From NCBI GenBank assembly GCA_951406725.2, contig OX597815.1, forward strand, positions 174,034,001-174,098,000: 64,000 nt of DNA, given 5' to 3'. Numbering within the stretch: position 1 is the stretch's first letter; each line of letters begins with the position of its first letter. Of the stretch, positions 1-13,819 are shown in pieces. The notes beneath the pieces were generated by a model. That model saw nothing but the letters and a program-made list of their open reading frames with translations, did not search any database and had not been told where the DNA came from. The position numbers and the translations under genes are program-made. The stretch comes from Octopus vulgaris (lineage: Eukaryota).

Positions 1-30
<30 letters not shown>

Positions 31-33
<3 letters not shown>

Positions 34-1108
34 TTATCAGTAATAATAAAGGGTGAAATTAATTAATTAGGGATAATTATCAATTACACCAAGTAGATTT
101 CGGCATGTAAAAGCCCCATTCGAGGAAAATTTAAGTAATACTAAGTAATTAAGGGTTTAGCAACGAATTGCCTCACCAACACACCGAATTTAGAAATAGC
201 AGTCAAAGAGATATAGCTATTCCTTCTACTAAAAGGGGGATCTCAGTAAAAACACAGCACTTGAAAGGCAAACACAGACAGGTAAGAAAGAAAGAATGAA
301 ATGACGGCAATCCATCATGCAATTTTAAGTTACCTACGGACGTACGTTTCGAGATCAAGTTTTAGGATAGCATAAGAATTAGAAAATTCTACTTTACCCA
401 AACTTCTTCTCTCATCGGCGCAGGATACCACAATTATGAATAATTGTATATTAAATTTTGAGATACTAGAATGCATCATCTCAACTCAGTGTCAGAGCGA
501 GCCAAAGCATGACCAGTACCACGAAATTCAAAGTTTGAATGAAAGTTTGTGTCACCAGCCCCCTTCCACCCGCGTGTAGCCAAGACAAAATGCTGCGGTC
601 ATTTACTGGGATAAAATATGGTTATCAGTAATAATAAAGGGTGAAATTAATTAATTAGGGATAATTATCAATTACACCAAGTAGATTTCGGCATGTAAAA
701 GCCCCATTCGAGGAAAATTTAAGTAATACTAAGTAATTAAGGGTTTAGCAACGAATTGCCTCACCAACACACCGAATTTAGAAATAGCAGTCAAAGAGAT
801 ATAGCTATTCCTTCTACTAAAAGGGGGATCTCAGTAAAAACACAGCACTTGAAAGGCAAACACAGACAGGTAAGAAAGAAAGAATGAAATGACGGCAATC
901 TATCATGCAATTTTAACTTAAAATTGCATGATAGATTGCCGTCATTTCATTCTTTCTTTCTTACCTGTCTGTGTTTGCCTTTCAAGTGCTGTGTTTTTAC
1001 TGAGATCCCCCTTTTAGTAGAAGGAATAGCTATATCTCTTTGACTGCTATTTCTAAATTCGGTGTGTTGGTGAGGCAATTCGTTGCTAAACCCTTAATTA
1101 CTTAGTAT
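31..1108 (-). mobile_element. Penelope-like pLTR-type non-coding insert: 588-bp unit, partial direct copy and inverted copy, in a (TA)n tract
   Basis: 31-328 is repeated at 619-916 (period 588). 726-916 and 918-1108 form a perfect 191-bp inverted repeat. Flanked by (TA)n on both sides and contains an HHR. Confidence 0.75.
333..424 (-). ncRNA. Type I hammerhead ribozyme (U4C core variant)
   Basis: Minus strand reads CCUGCG-CCGAUGA-GAGA...UCUC-GAAAC-GUAC-GUC/CGUAGG. Stem I is CCUGCG/CGUAGG, stem II closes with GAGA/UCUC, and stem III is the palindrome ACGUACGU. Confidence 0.7.
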
Positions 1109-1155
1109 ATATATATATATGTATGTATATGTGTATATATATGTATATATATATA

Positions 1156-1200
<45 letters not shown>

Positions 1201-1202
<2 letters not shown>

Positions 1203-1450
1203 TCATCATCATCATCATCATCATCGTTTAACGTCCGTTTTCCGCGCTAGCACGGGTTGGACGGTTTCGACCGGGGTCTGGGGAGCTAGGGACTGCCCCA
1301 GGCTCCAGTCTAGTCTAGCAGTGTTTCTACAGCTGGATGCCCTTCCTAATGCCAACCACTCCGCGAGTGTAGTGGGTGTTTTTTATTTGCCACCTGCACA
1401 GGTGCCAGAGGGGTCTGGCATCGGCCACGTTCGGATGGTGCTTTTTATGT
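1201..1450 (-). mobile_element. RTE-type 3' end or RTE-tailed SINE with (CAT)n/(GAT)n tail
   Basis: Shares the ctacagctggatgcccttcctaatgccaaccact block with copies at ~2600, ~33800 and ~53530. A related tail directly follows an RTE RT C-terminus at 15064-15670. Confidence 0.7.
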
Positions 1451-1700
1451 GGGGGGGGGGGCAGAAATATAGGGGAGCACCAGTGGGGAGGGGTGGTTCA
1501 GAGAAATGATGACAGGTTCTAGGCAAGTAGAACGTAGGATATCAAGAGAGGGGTAATGCATGGTGAAATAGCGTATTGAAGAGGGGGTTCCAAGAGTAGA
1601 CACCTATAATGGTGGTGGGAGAAGCGACATCCGGTATAGATGGAGCAAAAATATAGAGATATCCGGTATTGGTGGTGGGGGTGGGCAAGGGCGGGTGCAC

Positions 1701-1873
1701 CGGGAATATGACGGGCTGACTTAAAAATGCTCTTAGCAAAGGAAGAGGGGGGATGGAGACAACGTAAAAGAGGGAGAGAGAGAAGGGAAATAGTGGAACC
1801 CTGCGAAAATGGGCCGCCATTGAAAAAAACCCCTGTATGGAGAAATAATATGCAATACGAGGCGAAGCTGAAA

Positions 1874-1922
<49 letters not shown>

Positions 1923-2235
1923 GCAAATTTTCGACCGAGGATCAAAGGGACAATACTAATACTAATAATAATAGTAATAATAATAAATAATAAACAGCTC
2001 AACCACAACATTAGATTAGAAAGACTCTCTTATCTTGGGAACATTTCGTTCTTCGGCCTGACACGGGAATATGACGGGCTGGCTTAAAAATGCTCTTAGC
2101 AAAGGAAGAGGGGGATGGAGACAACGTAAAAGAGGGAGAGAGAGAAGGGAAATAGTGGAACCCCACGAAAATGGGCCGCCATTGAAAAAAACCCCTGTAT
2201 GGAGAAATAATATGCAATACGAGGCGAAGCTGAAA

Positions 2236-2281
<46 letters not shown>

Positions 2282-2567
2282 GCAAATTTTCGACCGAGGA
2301 TCAAAGGGACAATACTAATACTAATAATAATAGTAATAATAATAAATAATAAACAGCTCAACCACAACATTAGATTAGAAAGACTCTCTTATCTTGGGAA
2401 CATTTCGTTCTTCGGCCTGACACGGGAATATGACGGGCTGGCTTAAAAATGCTCTTAGCAAAGGAAGAGGGGGGATGGCAGACAACGTAAAAGAAGGAGA
2501 GAGAGAAGGGAAATAGTGGAACCCCGCGAAAATGGGCCGCCATTGAAAAAAAACCCCTGTATGGAGA

Positions 2568-2572
<5 letters not shown>
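1701..2572. repeat. Young ~359-363 bp tandem repeat (2.4 units) with internal (AAT)n
   Basis: Units start with cgggaatatgacgggct at 1701, 2064 and 2423. Copies are near-identical and CpG-rich, and the array ends in (TA)n. Confidence 0.9.
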
Positions 2573-2598
<26 letters not shown>

Positions 2599-3010
2599 AT
2601 GATCATCATCATTGTTTATAGTCCACTTTTCATGCTGGCATGGGTTGGATGGTTTGAGGGAGGACTGGTGAGGCAGAAGGCTGCACCAGGCTCAATCTGA
2701 TCTAGTAAGGTTTCTACAACTGGATGCCCTTCCTAATGCCAACCACTCTGAGTATAGTGAGTGCTTTTACAAGCTACCGGGATGAGGGCCAGTCAGGTGG
2801 TTCTGGCAATGACCATGCTCAAAAGGTGTTTTTTATGTGCTAGCGGCACTGGCAACGATCACGCTCAAATGGTGCTTTCTATGTGCCACCGGCACGGGAG
2901 CCAATCTGTGGCCCTGGCAATGATCACGCTTGGATCTGCTTTTAACATTCCACTGGCATGAGTGCCAATCAGGTGGTACTGTCAATGGCCACATCAGTGA
3001 TTTTGATTTG
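2599..3010 (-). mobile_element. RTE-type 3' end / SINE with (CAT)n tail
   Basis: Same family as 1201-1450. Confidence 0.65.
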
Positions 3011-5582
3011 ATATGTATGTATGTGTATATATATATATATATGAAATAGTTAAATAGCTTTAGAGCTTTTATATTATGTGAAGTACACAAACTTTTTCAG
3101 ATTCCATTACAAACTGAAATTGTAGATGTCAACCTAAAGTTCTCTTAAAACTTTATTTCTCTCCATTACAAAAGGACTCACTAGTTTACAGACACAGCTT
3201 TATTTAATCATTGTTTTTCATTCTTATCATTACCGTTGGTATCATCATTATCAGATTATCACTAATTTCCTATGCTGGGGTAGTTTAGACAATTTACATA
3301 ATGGTATAAGCTCCATTATTGATATGCTGCTGTACTATTTCATTTAGGAATTTAATTTTCTAAGGTCTAATCAAATTATCCTACATTTTGTTTCAGCTAT
3401 CTCTGTTCTATGTATTCTCTTTCATTATTTAATAGCAATTTCTCAACAAACTATTTATTCTCACCACTCATAATTTCTTTTTTTTTTTTTTGCTGCCATG
3501 ACACTACCATTGCCACCAAAACTATGGCCACCACCACTGCTGTTGCAACCACCATGGCCACCACTATTTTTATGTCAGTTTTTCATACTGGAATAGGTTG
3601 GACAGATTTTCATGATGTGAGTTTTAATTCAGAGTAATTACTGCCTCCTAGAAAAGTTGAGGGCCTATGTCTCACTCAAAGCATTCATCTGCAGGATGCA
3701 TTTTATCATGGTACCAACATGGAGAGAATCACAATCCTGTCTTTGAACAGACTAAGCGTCCTCTCAACCATTCTTCTCTGATCATTCATTTGCTTCTCAT
3801 GCTAAATGCTTTGTCAATAACTTTTGAGAAAAGCAGCTCTATCTACATCTTCACTGTACATATCTATGCACAGATGTTCAAACAGAATACTGACCACATT
3901 GATGTACCAATAAAATACATTTATAATTTCGTTTCTGGCATATTATTATTTCATTTCTTTCTCTCAGATAAAAATCACCTTTTTCTCTAACAAGTGCAGT
4001 ATTTCCTTAAACTATATTTTAACTTATGGATATATTAACTTGGATATATTAACTTTTGTAATGTTGTTGCTGTTTAGTTCCAGTTCAGCCTTGTCCAAAT
4101 AAACTCGTGATAAAAAAGCATTCCAGCTCTAATCATTCTGCTTTTTTATATATCCAAGACTACATACTCAATGTGTCCTCTTTGCAAGTTATTGAAATTT
4201 GTATTTTGTCCTTTTGTGCAATTAGGTTCTGTGGTCTAACTAAAGACCTTTTCAGCTGCAGAGAGTGAAAATTTTATACTGACAAGTTCTGCCACCATTA
4301 CAGAGATTTATACACCATTCCTTCTCAAGTTACAGTGAAATAGTAGCAGAAAGCTGCTGATTAAAGTGCAAACAAAATTATGCCAGGTACATCTTGGTAC
4401 ATCTTGATTGCATGATGTTATTATTTACTAAAGCCCTATATCGTTTAGGTTATGAATGTGTGTGTGTGTATTTCTTTCTCTCTTTCTCTCTCTCTCTCTC
4501 TCTCCATATACATACACACACACACACACACATACACACACATATATATATTAATAAATGAGCATGCAAAATAGCACCTACAATTGCTAGAAATGGTAGC
4601 TAAAATTTAACTTGAACAGCTACACAAAAGCACTAACCTCATGAAATATTTGGGACAGTGAGCAGCAAGCCAAAACTTCTTTCATTGACAAGATATACTC
4701 GCAGAATGAAGCAGTTTCATAGAACCTTATCACATGATTTCAAAATTTGATTAACAGGATCTTGTTTCTCATCAGACATTTCTACAATTACTTCAGGTAA
4801 AAAAGATACCCTGCCTTTCATTAATTCATGAGAAAAAACCATTGAAAAGTGAGTGCTACAATTTAAAATGGTTAAATTGTATGTTTAATAATATGGAAGA
4901 GACACATCCCTATGAATTCCAGAGATTGTTCAATGATGTTGAGCTAGTACATATCACTTTCTAGTTTATTTTGCCTTAATTAAAATAAAATATGATAAAT
5001 ATGATGTTTATTCAGGTTTGAAAACTACAAATAAGAAAGCAAATTAATGTAAAAGGGCATGTAGATTTTTATTGAGTTGATAACATTTTAGAATCAATTT
5101 ATTTTCAAATTATCTCAATGTATAGGATTATATTTTCAAATTTATCTCTGAACTGTAGAATATTTTCCAAACACATAATCCTCTAATTAGCGTAAGATCT
5201 TTCTGAACAGTAAATCTTTTAAGGTTATAAACTTCATCGTGGATGAAAATCAAGAGAGATGTGACCTTTCTAATGAACAATATCATTACAACTGTTATCT
5301 TCGTGGTTGATAACAAATAGCATTATCTTTGCAACCTTTCTAATGAGAAAGATTATCTTTATAACTTTTTTCACTGGTCACATTATACAAATCATGACTG
5401 TGCTTCTGGTTAAGAATATTAGATAGATCTAAGATCATTCTAAAGAGGCCATTATTTCCTTATTGATTTTAAAATAAATTATATTGTATATCTAATTTAA
5501 TTTAGTGAGTTATATAAACAGTTTTGTGTTACTTTACAAGATGCATGAAATCCGAATTTATTGATATCATTAAACTACTTGC

Positions 5583-6520
5583 TTATGGCCTCCATTTCTC
5601 TTGGATTAGTGGCTTCCTGTCAAATCATGCTATCACCATATGTACTGATGAAATTCTTTTTGAGTCACATTCTATCAACTCTGAGGTGTTTTAAGTTTTG
5701 ATTTTCCCTATATTCTTCCTCCTTTATGTCAGCAACTTATTTTCTTTTAACTCCAGCAACAGAAATATCTATACTTCATATCTCAATCTCCTACAGCCAA
5801 GCATCATCTCAATGCAGTCTAGATACCTGTATCAAATCTGTTCTTAACTCTATGAATAGAAATCTGTAATGTTGTTTCTGACAACATAAAGACATAACTA
5901 CACATATCAAGAAAGTATATTGTATATTACACTAAAAACAGAAGCAACATGCAAGTAGAGTCTTCAATTTTACTACAATTGTTACACCCCACCATCTCTG
6001 AAGATCTTTCCTGGCAAATGCACATTCTTAACATAGCAAATATTGCATTACAAAAACTATCTTTTATTCTTCATGGTAAAAAAATACTTCATCCCAACCA
6101 AAAGCTACTAACCTTCTATAATGCAGAGGCAAAATCCACACTGTAGTTCTACTCTTACATCTGGAGTGATGATACAATGACACAGACATTTTATGCCACA
6201 TCCAAAAAAATATCTACCCAACTGATTGGCATGAAGTCGATCACCTGTATGCTCCAAACTTTGGTCCACAGACATACCTTTTCTACCACCAATACAGAAG
6301 CCTCTGCATCTTGAAATTGGCTGTTCTTATGTGTTCTAAAGTCAGGCACTGTCACCATGTTCATCACTCTTCCTCTTGTTACCCATATTGTGTCTCCCCA
6401 CCTGGCCTTGTACTAGCTCCTACATCTAGTCCTTCCTATCCAGGATATCAGCTCTCTGGAATACCTTTTCTGCACATGTTTCCTTTGCAGCTTTTGAAAT
6501 ACTGCTTTTCATGAGAAATA
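5583..6520 (+). pseudogene. Degenerate CR1/L2-group LINE reverse transcriptase remnant
   Basis: Translation WISGFLSNHAITICTDEILFESHSINSEVF*VLIFPIFFLLYVSN resembles the RT motif WI.SFLS.R...V....S....NSGVPQGS.L.P.LFLL.IND. Contains stops and frameshifts. Confidence 0.5.
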
Positions 6521-7394
6521 TTAGCTTTGTTGATCTCACTACCAAACCAAAAACTAAGAAAAAATCTTTAAGCCCAAGTAAAGCATAACCTTCTGTGAGT
6601 TTTCCACAATAACATCAGTGCAAAATAAAGTGAAACTAAATTACTTCCTAAGTCAAGCTGGGTAGTTGGAACTAAATTGCTTCCTAAGTCAAGCGGGGTA
6701 GTTATACAACCGTTGAAACATACATAATTATTTTATGCATTACCATTAATCCTAGAATAATTTCTGCTACATTTTCTAGCATCTTAAACGGCAATTAGTC
6801 AAAATACCTGGAATGAGATAATTCTCACAGCGGCATGGAATAGTTTACAATCAGATCAAAGCTATTAAATCATATCCATGCTCTGAATAACACAATATAA
6901 TAATGCATGCTATTTAAAGAAACTTGAGATAAACAACAGCTGTGGTCTCTATAAAAAGATGTGATATAAGATACAGAATGAAATTAAATGGTTTGAAGTT
7001 AATAACTAGATAATTAGGATGTTTATTGGGCACATTCCTCATATTTAGTGCCATCTTGATAGTACCAATTCCTTTCAGAACAAGAATGTGTTTCAACTAT
7101 ATCGATATAATATCTCACAATACATACAAGCATAATGAAGCGTTTCCTATGTAAGAAAACATTTCTTCATTCAAGCTTGGAAACAGTGAAGTAAGGAATA
7201 TCAGCCTTATTACCAAGAAGCTTAGAATATTAACAACTAATCGTTGTTTACAGACTGGTTAAGTGCAGAATGTCTAAACAGCTGTTTGAGCTAGATCTAC
7301 TCACCAATAACTAGTGTAGTAGAGTATATAGTGTCTAGGTTTGTTTACAAAACATGGTATTTTTTCACTTTTCGCTGAAAAGATAACATTTTAA

Positions 7395-8407
7395 TACACA
7401 AGGTCTGTTCAAAAAGAAGATGGACTTTTAAAAAAGAAATGTATTGCTTTCCTTACAATTCAACTAAGTTCAACTTCTTCAAAATAGTTCCCTCCACAGT
7501 TGATACACTGCTTTCATTTTTTGTTGGAACATATCTTTGAATGTGTTTTCAGTAGTGTACTATTCTCATAGCAATTTTTTCAACTTTTATCATCTCCAAA
7601 AATGTGACTTTTCAGGGAATATTTAAAATCTGAAAATAAAGATAAAGTCTATAGGGCCAAATCCAGAAAATAGAGCAAACAGAGGATGAGTGTTGTCTTG
7701 TGCTTTGCCAAAAAGTCATGTCATGAATAAGGAGAGATATATAAACAGATATATTGTCGAGGTACAGTATCCAATGTTTATTTGTCTCTGCTCCAGAATT
7801 TATCAGCATTGACATGATCAAGTACTTTCAGAGTGACTGACTTAATTCTTTTTTTTTTTTGTTCCACTTTCAGCAGATGTGGCACAAATTTTGCAGCAAC
7901 ATAATGCATCTTGAAGTTTTCTTTTAAAATCATGTGGCACAAACTTCTACAGATGCTTGGTTTTTTTTAAAAACTTCACAGACAATCAGGTGGGGATTTT
8001 TATACAAACAGCATACCCTTTCACACTGTAATTATTATTCATTGTTGTGGAAGACTGTTCAGGTTTGGACGCACTGACACCACTCATAACATCATATATA
8101 TGGTTCAACCAATCCTTCCCATAATCCTGTTGCGGCATTTGAAAATTCGCTGTTAAAATTTTTCACACAAACATGTTGCTCTTCCCAAACCCTTCATTGT
8201 CCAGCTTCCAACATATTGCCAAGCACACTAAATATACATTCACTCAAGAACTCAAACACATATAGATTAAAGACTAAGTGAGGTGGCTTGATGTAGCTAT
8301 TATTAGACTGAAGGTCAAGATTACCTATCCAGAGCACTACAACCATGAGTATGTTGTGTTGTCTCATTGCCACACTGCATTAAAAGTCCTTTTTCAAGAC
8401 CCTGTAT
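7395..8407 (-). mobile_element. Degenerate mariner-type DNA transposon
   Basis: Imperfect TIRs (tacacaaggtct...ggactttt / aaaagtcc...agaccctgtata). The minus strand encodes YFLDLAL, a decayed YSPDLAP motif, near 7650-7675. Confidence 0.55.
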
Positions 8408-8759
8408 ATTTATGACTTTATAGTTGCAATGTAATAGTCGTTATGTGTTACATAGATATGACTTTTCAAAGAAATTGAAGACATTTATTTAGTAAAAATT
8501 ATTTAGTTATTACCTTCTTTCTTCTTCCAGTTCATAACATAACAAAGAGCTACTGATATTACCTGATATTACATGAATATTTCAGAAATAGGTTCTTAAG
8601 AATAACATTTTTATGAAACAAGTTTCTTTGTTTGCTTCTTACAATCTTATGCATGTATACATTTTTAATGCCTGGTATATAATGGAACTTTTATGCTGCC
8701 CTCAACCAAGAAGTGAAGTTATTATTTTTTTTACTGGTTACACTCATTGAGTTGCAATC

Positions 8760-9201
8760 ATGATAGAATGCATTACCTTCAAGAGTTTTAGATGATTATA
8801 TTGACCCCAATGTTTTGTCTGGTGCTTATTTTATCTCCCATCTTTTGCTAAACCACTAAGTTACAGTGACACACTCTAACACTAGTTGTCAAGTGGTCAG
8901 AGACAAAGATGCATACACTCACATACCTAAATCTCTCTCTCTCTCTTTCTCTCTCTCCCTCCCTCTCCCTCTTTCTCTCTAATATATATATATATATATA
9001 AAATATGAATTAGAGATAAAACCACTATTATGCAACTCAAACAGTGATAGACATAAACCAATACATAAATAAAAAGAATGATATATTTATCATTCTTTTT
9101 ATGCTTTTTGGAAAAAAAATTATATATATATATTATATTAATTTGATTTAATACTAAATCGAATTTTTCCCTGTAAGTTTGGAGCTATACTCCCTAATAT
9201 T

Positions 9202-9271
<70 letters not shown>

Positions 9272-9577
9272 ACACAAAACCCTGGATTTTCTTTCTACAC
9301 CTGAAGAATTCCAGCTTTGGCTTGGAGCCCGACAATGTTGATAGCCTAGTATTTGGGGCGAGTGCTTCTCTGTAAATACCCCAACTTCACACCCCATCTA
9401 ACCTTAGCTTATATATATAAAAGGCTTCTGCACAGTCTCTGTAAATAAAATTCTTTCATATGGCATCAATTGATCTAGAGCTATGGTTGAAGACTCGTGC
9501 CAAAGGTGTCACATGGTGTAACTGAACCTGAAACCATGTAGTTGTGAACCAAATTTCTGTAACATATACCCATACCT
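8760..9577 (-). mobile_element. CORE-type tRNA SINE split by PLE-like fragments in its internal microsatellite
   Basis: SINE halves lie at ~8760-8930 and ~9420-9577. The insert tagagataaaaccactatta... (9010) recurs at 30420. An orphan CTGAAGA occurs at 9301. Confidence 0.5.
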
Positions 9578-12178
9578 GCTGTGCTATTTACGCATTTCAA
9601 CAGAAAATGAATGAAAGTAATTGAAAAAGCCTAGCTAAATTTCGTTTAAAATTTAAATTTCTATTCACAGATCCATTCATTTGATTTCCTCTTTCTCTGC
9701 AGCACTTACTGACTCATTAAATATCAATTTCTTTTTTGCAAGGCGGAAAGGCCTTATATTAAAGCAATGAAGCATGGAAAATATTATGTTTAGGTTTCCT
9801 CAAGGGTATTAGTGAGATAATTGATTTGAGTAGGAATTAAAACTGTTTCAATACCTCAGTTTGTCATAACTTTAACTTTTATTTTAAGATATGCTTTTTT
9901 ATATGTTGGTTGTTCAAATATCTATTTTAAAATGATTGCATTCAGTGTTCAATATTATACAGATTTTTACTCAAGTGATAAGAAAAAAGATCATTACATT
10001 ACCTTGTTCAGCTGATACTTTTCCAGAAAATACAAAATGCTCTATTAAATTCATCAAGTATATATATTTTGGATTGCTCATTATATAACCAGAGGATATA
10101 AAAGTAGCCATAGTAGAAAACAGCCTTGATGAACATAAATGAATGTTCTTGAAATCAAGAATTGATTATTCTGTTGTTTTTTGTCTCCTTATATATAAAT
10201 AAAAGAAAATAATAAGAAATAAATAGTGGCAGCAACATTAAATCACAGAAAGTTCAGAATAATTAGAATGGCCTTGTGCAACCAAAATATTAGCCTAAAG
10301 TAAAATAGAATGTTTTCTAATGTTATTTTGATAGTATAGCACTTAATACTCATATTTACTGTTATTTCTTTACCCTTTGAGCCTGTGAGTATGCTTTAGT
10401 AAATACGATTTTATTTGACTATACTCCCGGTAGACACAAAAGCAGGCAACCATATGATTTTGTGTTTATGGCTCACTAACAGACAGAAACGTTGTTACTT
10501 TTGCTGAAAACACTGAACAATATGGCCATCTACTTTTGCATCTTCCAGAAGTACAAGTCAAATGAAAGTATGCTTGGCAAGGCATACATATGGCTTCAAT
10601 GGTTTCAGAAGAAACTTACAAATTGCAATTATATCACCAATTGAAATCCTAACTATGACAAATTTTTTTTTTTTTTTTTACAATTTTTCATCTCAAATCT
10701 TTCCTTATCAACACATCCAACATCTCTTCAACTTTAATTCATTATAAATTTCATGTACTTATATTGTTCTTGTATTGCTAAGGATAGGTTAATTAACAAA
10801 TATTTAACTCTACAACTTATAGGTTTGAGTTTCAGTCATCTTAATGTCAGACCTTGGAGTTGATAACATAAATAGCAATTCTAGTTTATATAATCAATTC
10901 AGAGACAGAATTAGTGTAGAAATCAACCAGTTAAAAATATAATTGCTGGTAAACTGGTGGTATAAAGTTTAGGAGACTGACTGGAAATGTCAGAGTGTGT
11001 CATTAGGTAATTAACTTAACATCATTGATTTGCAACAAAGCTGTTACTACACTTATAATTATGTTGGATTGATATATAAATGCAGCAATGTACTACACTA
11101 CTCACACACACACACACACATACATACATATTTCTAATTTAACATCTGAATCTAAGGATGTATACATATATATGTGCAACTCAAATTTAAACATGTTATT
11201 TTTTTTTTATTTATATTTGTGTATATAACTACACAATTATTTGTACATTTTTATAAATATGAACTGATGAGATTATATATATGTAATTTTCACATTTATA
11301 CATACAGTATAAATGTGAAAACATTTTCATCCAGACTAAGATGTATGTAGTTGTAAATGTACAATGAATATACATATCCACATATACACTTACCTAAAAA
11401 TATATGAATACATATAAAAATTACTGTGCAGTTGTTTGCTTGCCTTTAATGAGGTGTAATTGTATATGCAATTGACATGTTTTAGTGTAGTTGTATACAA
11501 ACATACAAGTACTATTGGATAGTTATACATATGATTTGATAAGTAAGATACATCCACTCCTACATTGTATCAACAGAAAAGATTACTTTTCTTGGACACC
11601 TGACAAAGAACAAAAAAGCATCTTTCTCTGTAAAAGTTGTTTTTTATGGAGGCAAAAAAGACACATTTCCATCCGATTGGTGTAAGTTAACATCTGTTAA
11701 CTTACTTGAACTGACTTTCTATTGTACTCAGTTGAAAAATATGCTGTACATTCTGTAAAACACAATAAGTGATTTATTATCAACATTTGGAGTAGTTAAG
11801 ATCATAGTGTGCTTCATCTGGCGTTATTTGTCTTCTGTTATTCTTAAACCACCTTTGTGTTTAGAAAACAATATGTATATATATAATTTTTTTTTATCAA
11901 AATACATAATTCTTTAACCAATTATAGACATACCACTGTGTGAAATACACCAGTTTATTTTTATCTTTCAAGGACGTATTTCTTCATGCAAATAGATAAA
12001 CATATACAAAAAATATGCACACAATTATACAGGTACACAGATGTAAACATCAATGCTACTATAATATATATATATATATACACACACACACATATATATA
12101 TATATGTATGTATTACTGAATATCATTACCTTCATATCTAATATATAAAATGGATTTGCTTTCTTATTTTCTTTTCAG

Positions 12179-12221
12179 ACAGAGAGGAAGTACAGAGAAA
12201 ATAAAGTAATAAGATCTTTTG
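12179..12221 (+). CDS. Candidate 43-nt internal exon of an unidentified host gene (TERKYRENKVIRSF)
   Basis: Strong polypyrimidine acceptor ttttcttttcag and donor G/gtgagt. Only one frame is open. Confidence 0.4.
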
Positions 12222-13819
12222 GTGAGTAGTAACAAATAAAATAGTTTATTCTATGTAAGCTATTGTTGTATCTAATGTGAAATGACTTCTGATAATCTAT
12301 CTATTAAATATATGAATATCTCTTTCTCTCTGATATAAAACATGTATGTCTATTTAGTTTTTCTTGTTTTGAAAAGACTGTATTATCTTAATGGTCTATA
12401 GTTACAATAGTATACAATGGATATTGAAACAGACAACATAAAACATTATTACAAGATAAACTTGAGCATTATTTTATAAAATAAATGATATGGATATATA
12501 ATTTTCAGCAAAAAAAAAGTATAGAAAATGTGAAGTATATTTTGAACAACCAGTTATCTAGTTGTTAAAAAATTTAACTTGAATAATTCTAAAATGGAAA
12601 CCAAATTATATTAATTTTCCCTAAACCACTTCACTATTAAGTTTTCATACAGCAGGCATCTCTGGGAATTTTTGCCCCATTTATTCTTCTAACTTATACA
12701 GTTCACAGTTGATTCTAGAAGAATTATATCTCTCTAGTCATTCTAAGTCTTGTGACAGATTATGCTTCACTGAGAAGATCTAAGACAAAAACATGTCAGC
12801 TGTCACTGTATTTTTAAAGACTAAATTCACTTCCCAGTACATTCCGTATTTAATTTAATTAAAATTCCAGGGTGACCTCTCCTACCTTTTTTTTTTTATC
12901 ATAACTGGTAATTTAAATAATGATTATTTTCATCACAAAGGATGTAATTTTAATGAACTAAAATTCTTTTAGCTTAACTACATCAAGTATGCTATTATGC
13001 ACTTTACTATTAAATTTGAAGTAGCAAGCATCCCTGAACATTTTCTCTAGCATCCTTTTAAGTTATTATGCCATTCAGTGTTCATTCCCAAAAAAGAAAC
13101 AAAGCCAAAAAAAACAAAAAAACTATAGCTTGTGTCTGTTTAGTCAATGTAATCTTTTGCAGTTCCAGTTATGATGATAAAATTGGTAGTAGAAAAGGAA
13201 GGAACTTTCTGCTAGGTGCTGTGAGGATGAAGTATGATAAAGGGACAAGAACAGTTAGCTTTCCATAGAAGAGATACATTATATAAGGCGTAAGTAGCTG
13301 AAAAGGGAGAGACAGATAGTGGCAAAGAGAAGTCAGAGCACACCATTATGTGCATATTTAGAATATATGAAACCAATAACTATGTTTTACTAAATATATC
13401 AAAATTATAATTTTTTAAGAATTTACTATTCATTTTAAGCTAATCTCTTTTCTTTGTCTCTAAAGAGAGAGCAGGCTCCCTTAAAAAAACAAACTCAAGC
13501 CAGCTAGTCCAGCTGTAACCCACTGATCTAACCTATGAAAGTACACATTAGGAAAGATTTTGGTTCGAGGAAAGTTTTTTCTTAAATCTCATTTTTCTTA
13601 AACCTCATTTTTATATTTTTGTATACTAAGATGTGACAAAACTTAGCATTAGTTACTGTAGCAGCTGATGTCACTTACCAAGTCATGTAATCTTATTTCT
13701 GCCTTTTTGTAATCAGCTTCATTTTTTTCATTGTCATATTATTCATGTTATATGAATGATATATCAAAACTATTAAATTTTTTTGTTGTATCTTACATAC
13801 ATGTGTGTGTGTGTGTGTG

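Noticed and set aside
1123-1509. 128-aa ORF with a poly-His run
   Set aside because: It is a read-through of (TA)n, (CAT)n and an RTE tail.
9298-9410. CTGAAGA in a PLE-like fragment
   Set aside because: No matching GAAA/UH half is present, so it is at most a truncated HHR.
10002-10150. Minus-strand open exon candidate
   Set aside because: The acceptor is weak, the peptide is unrecognisable, and no partner exon was established.
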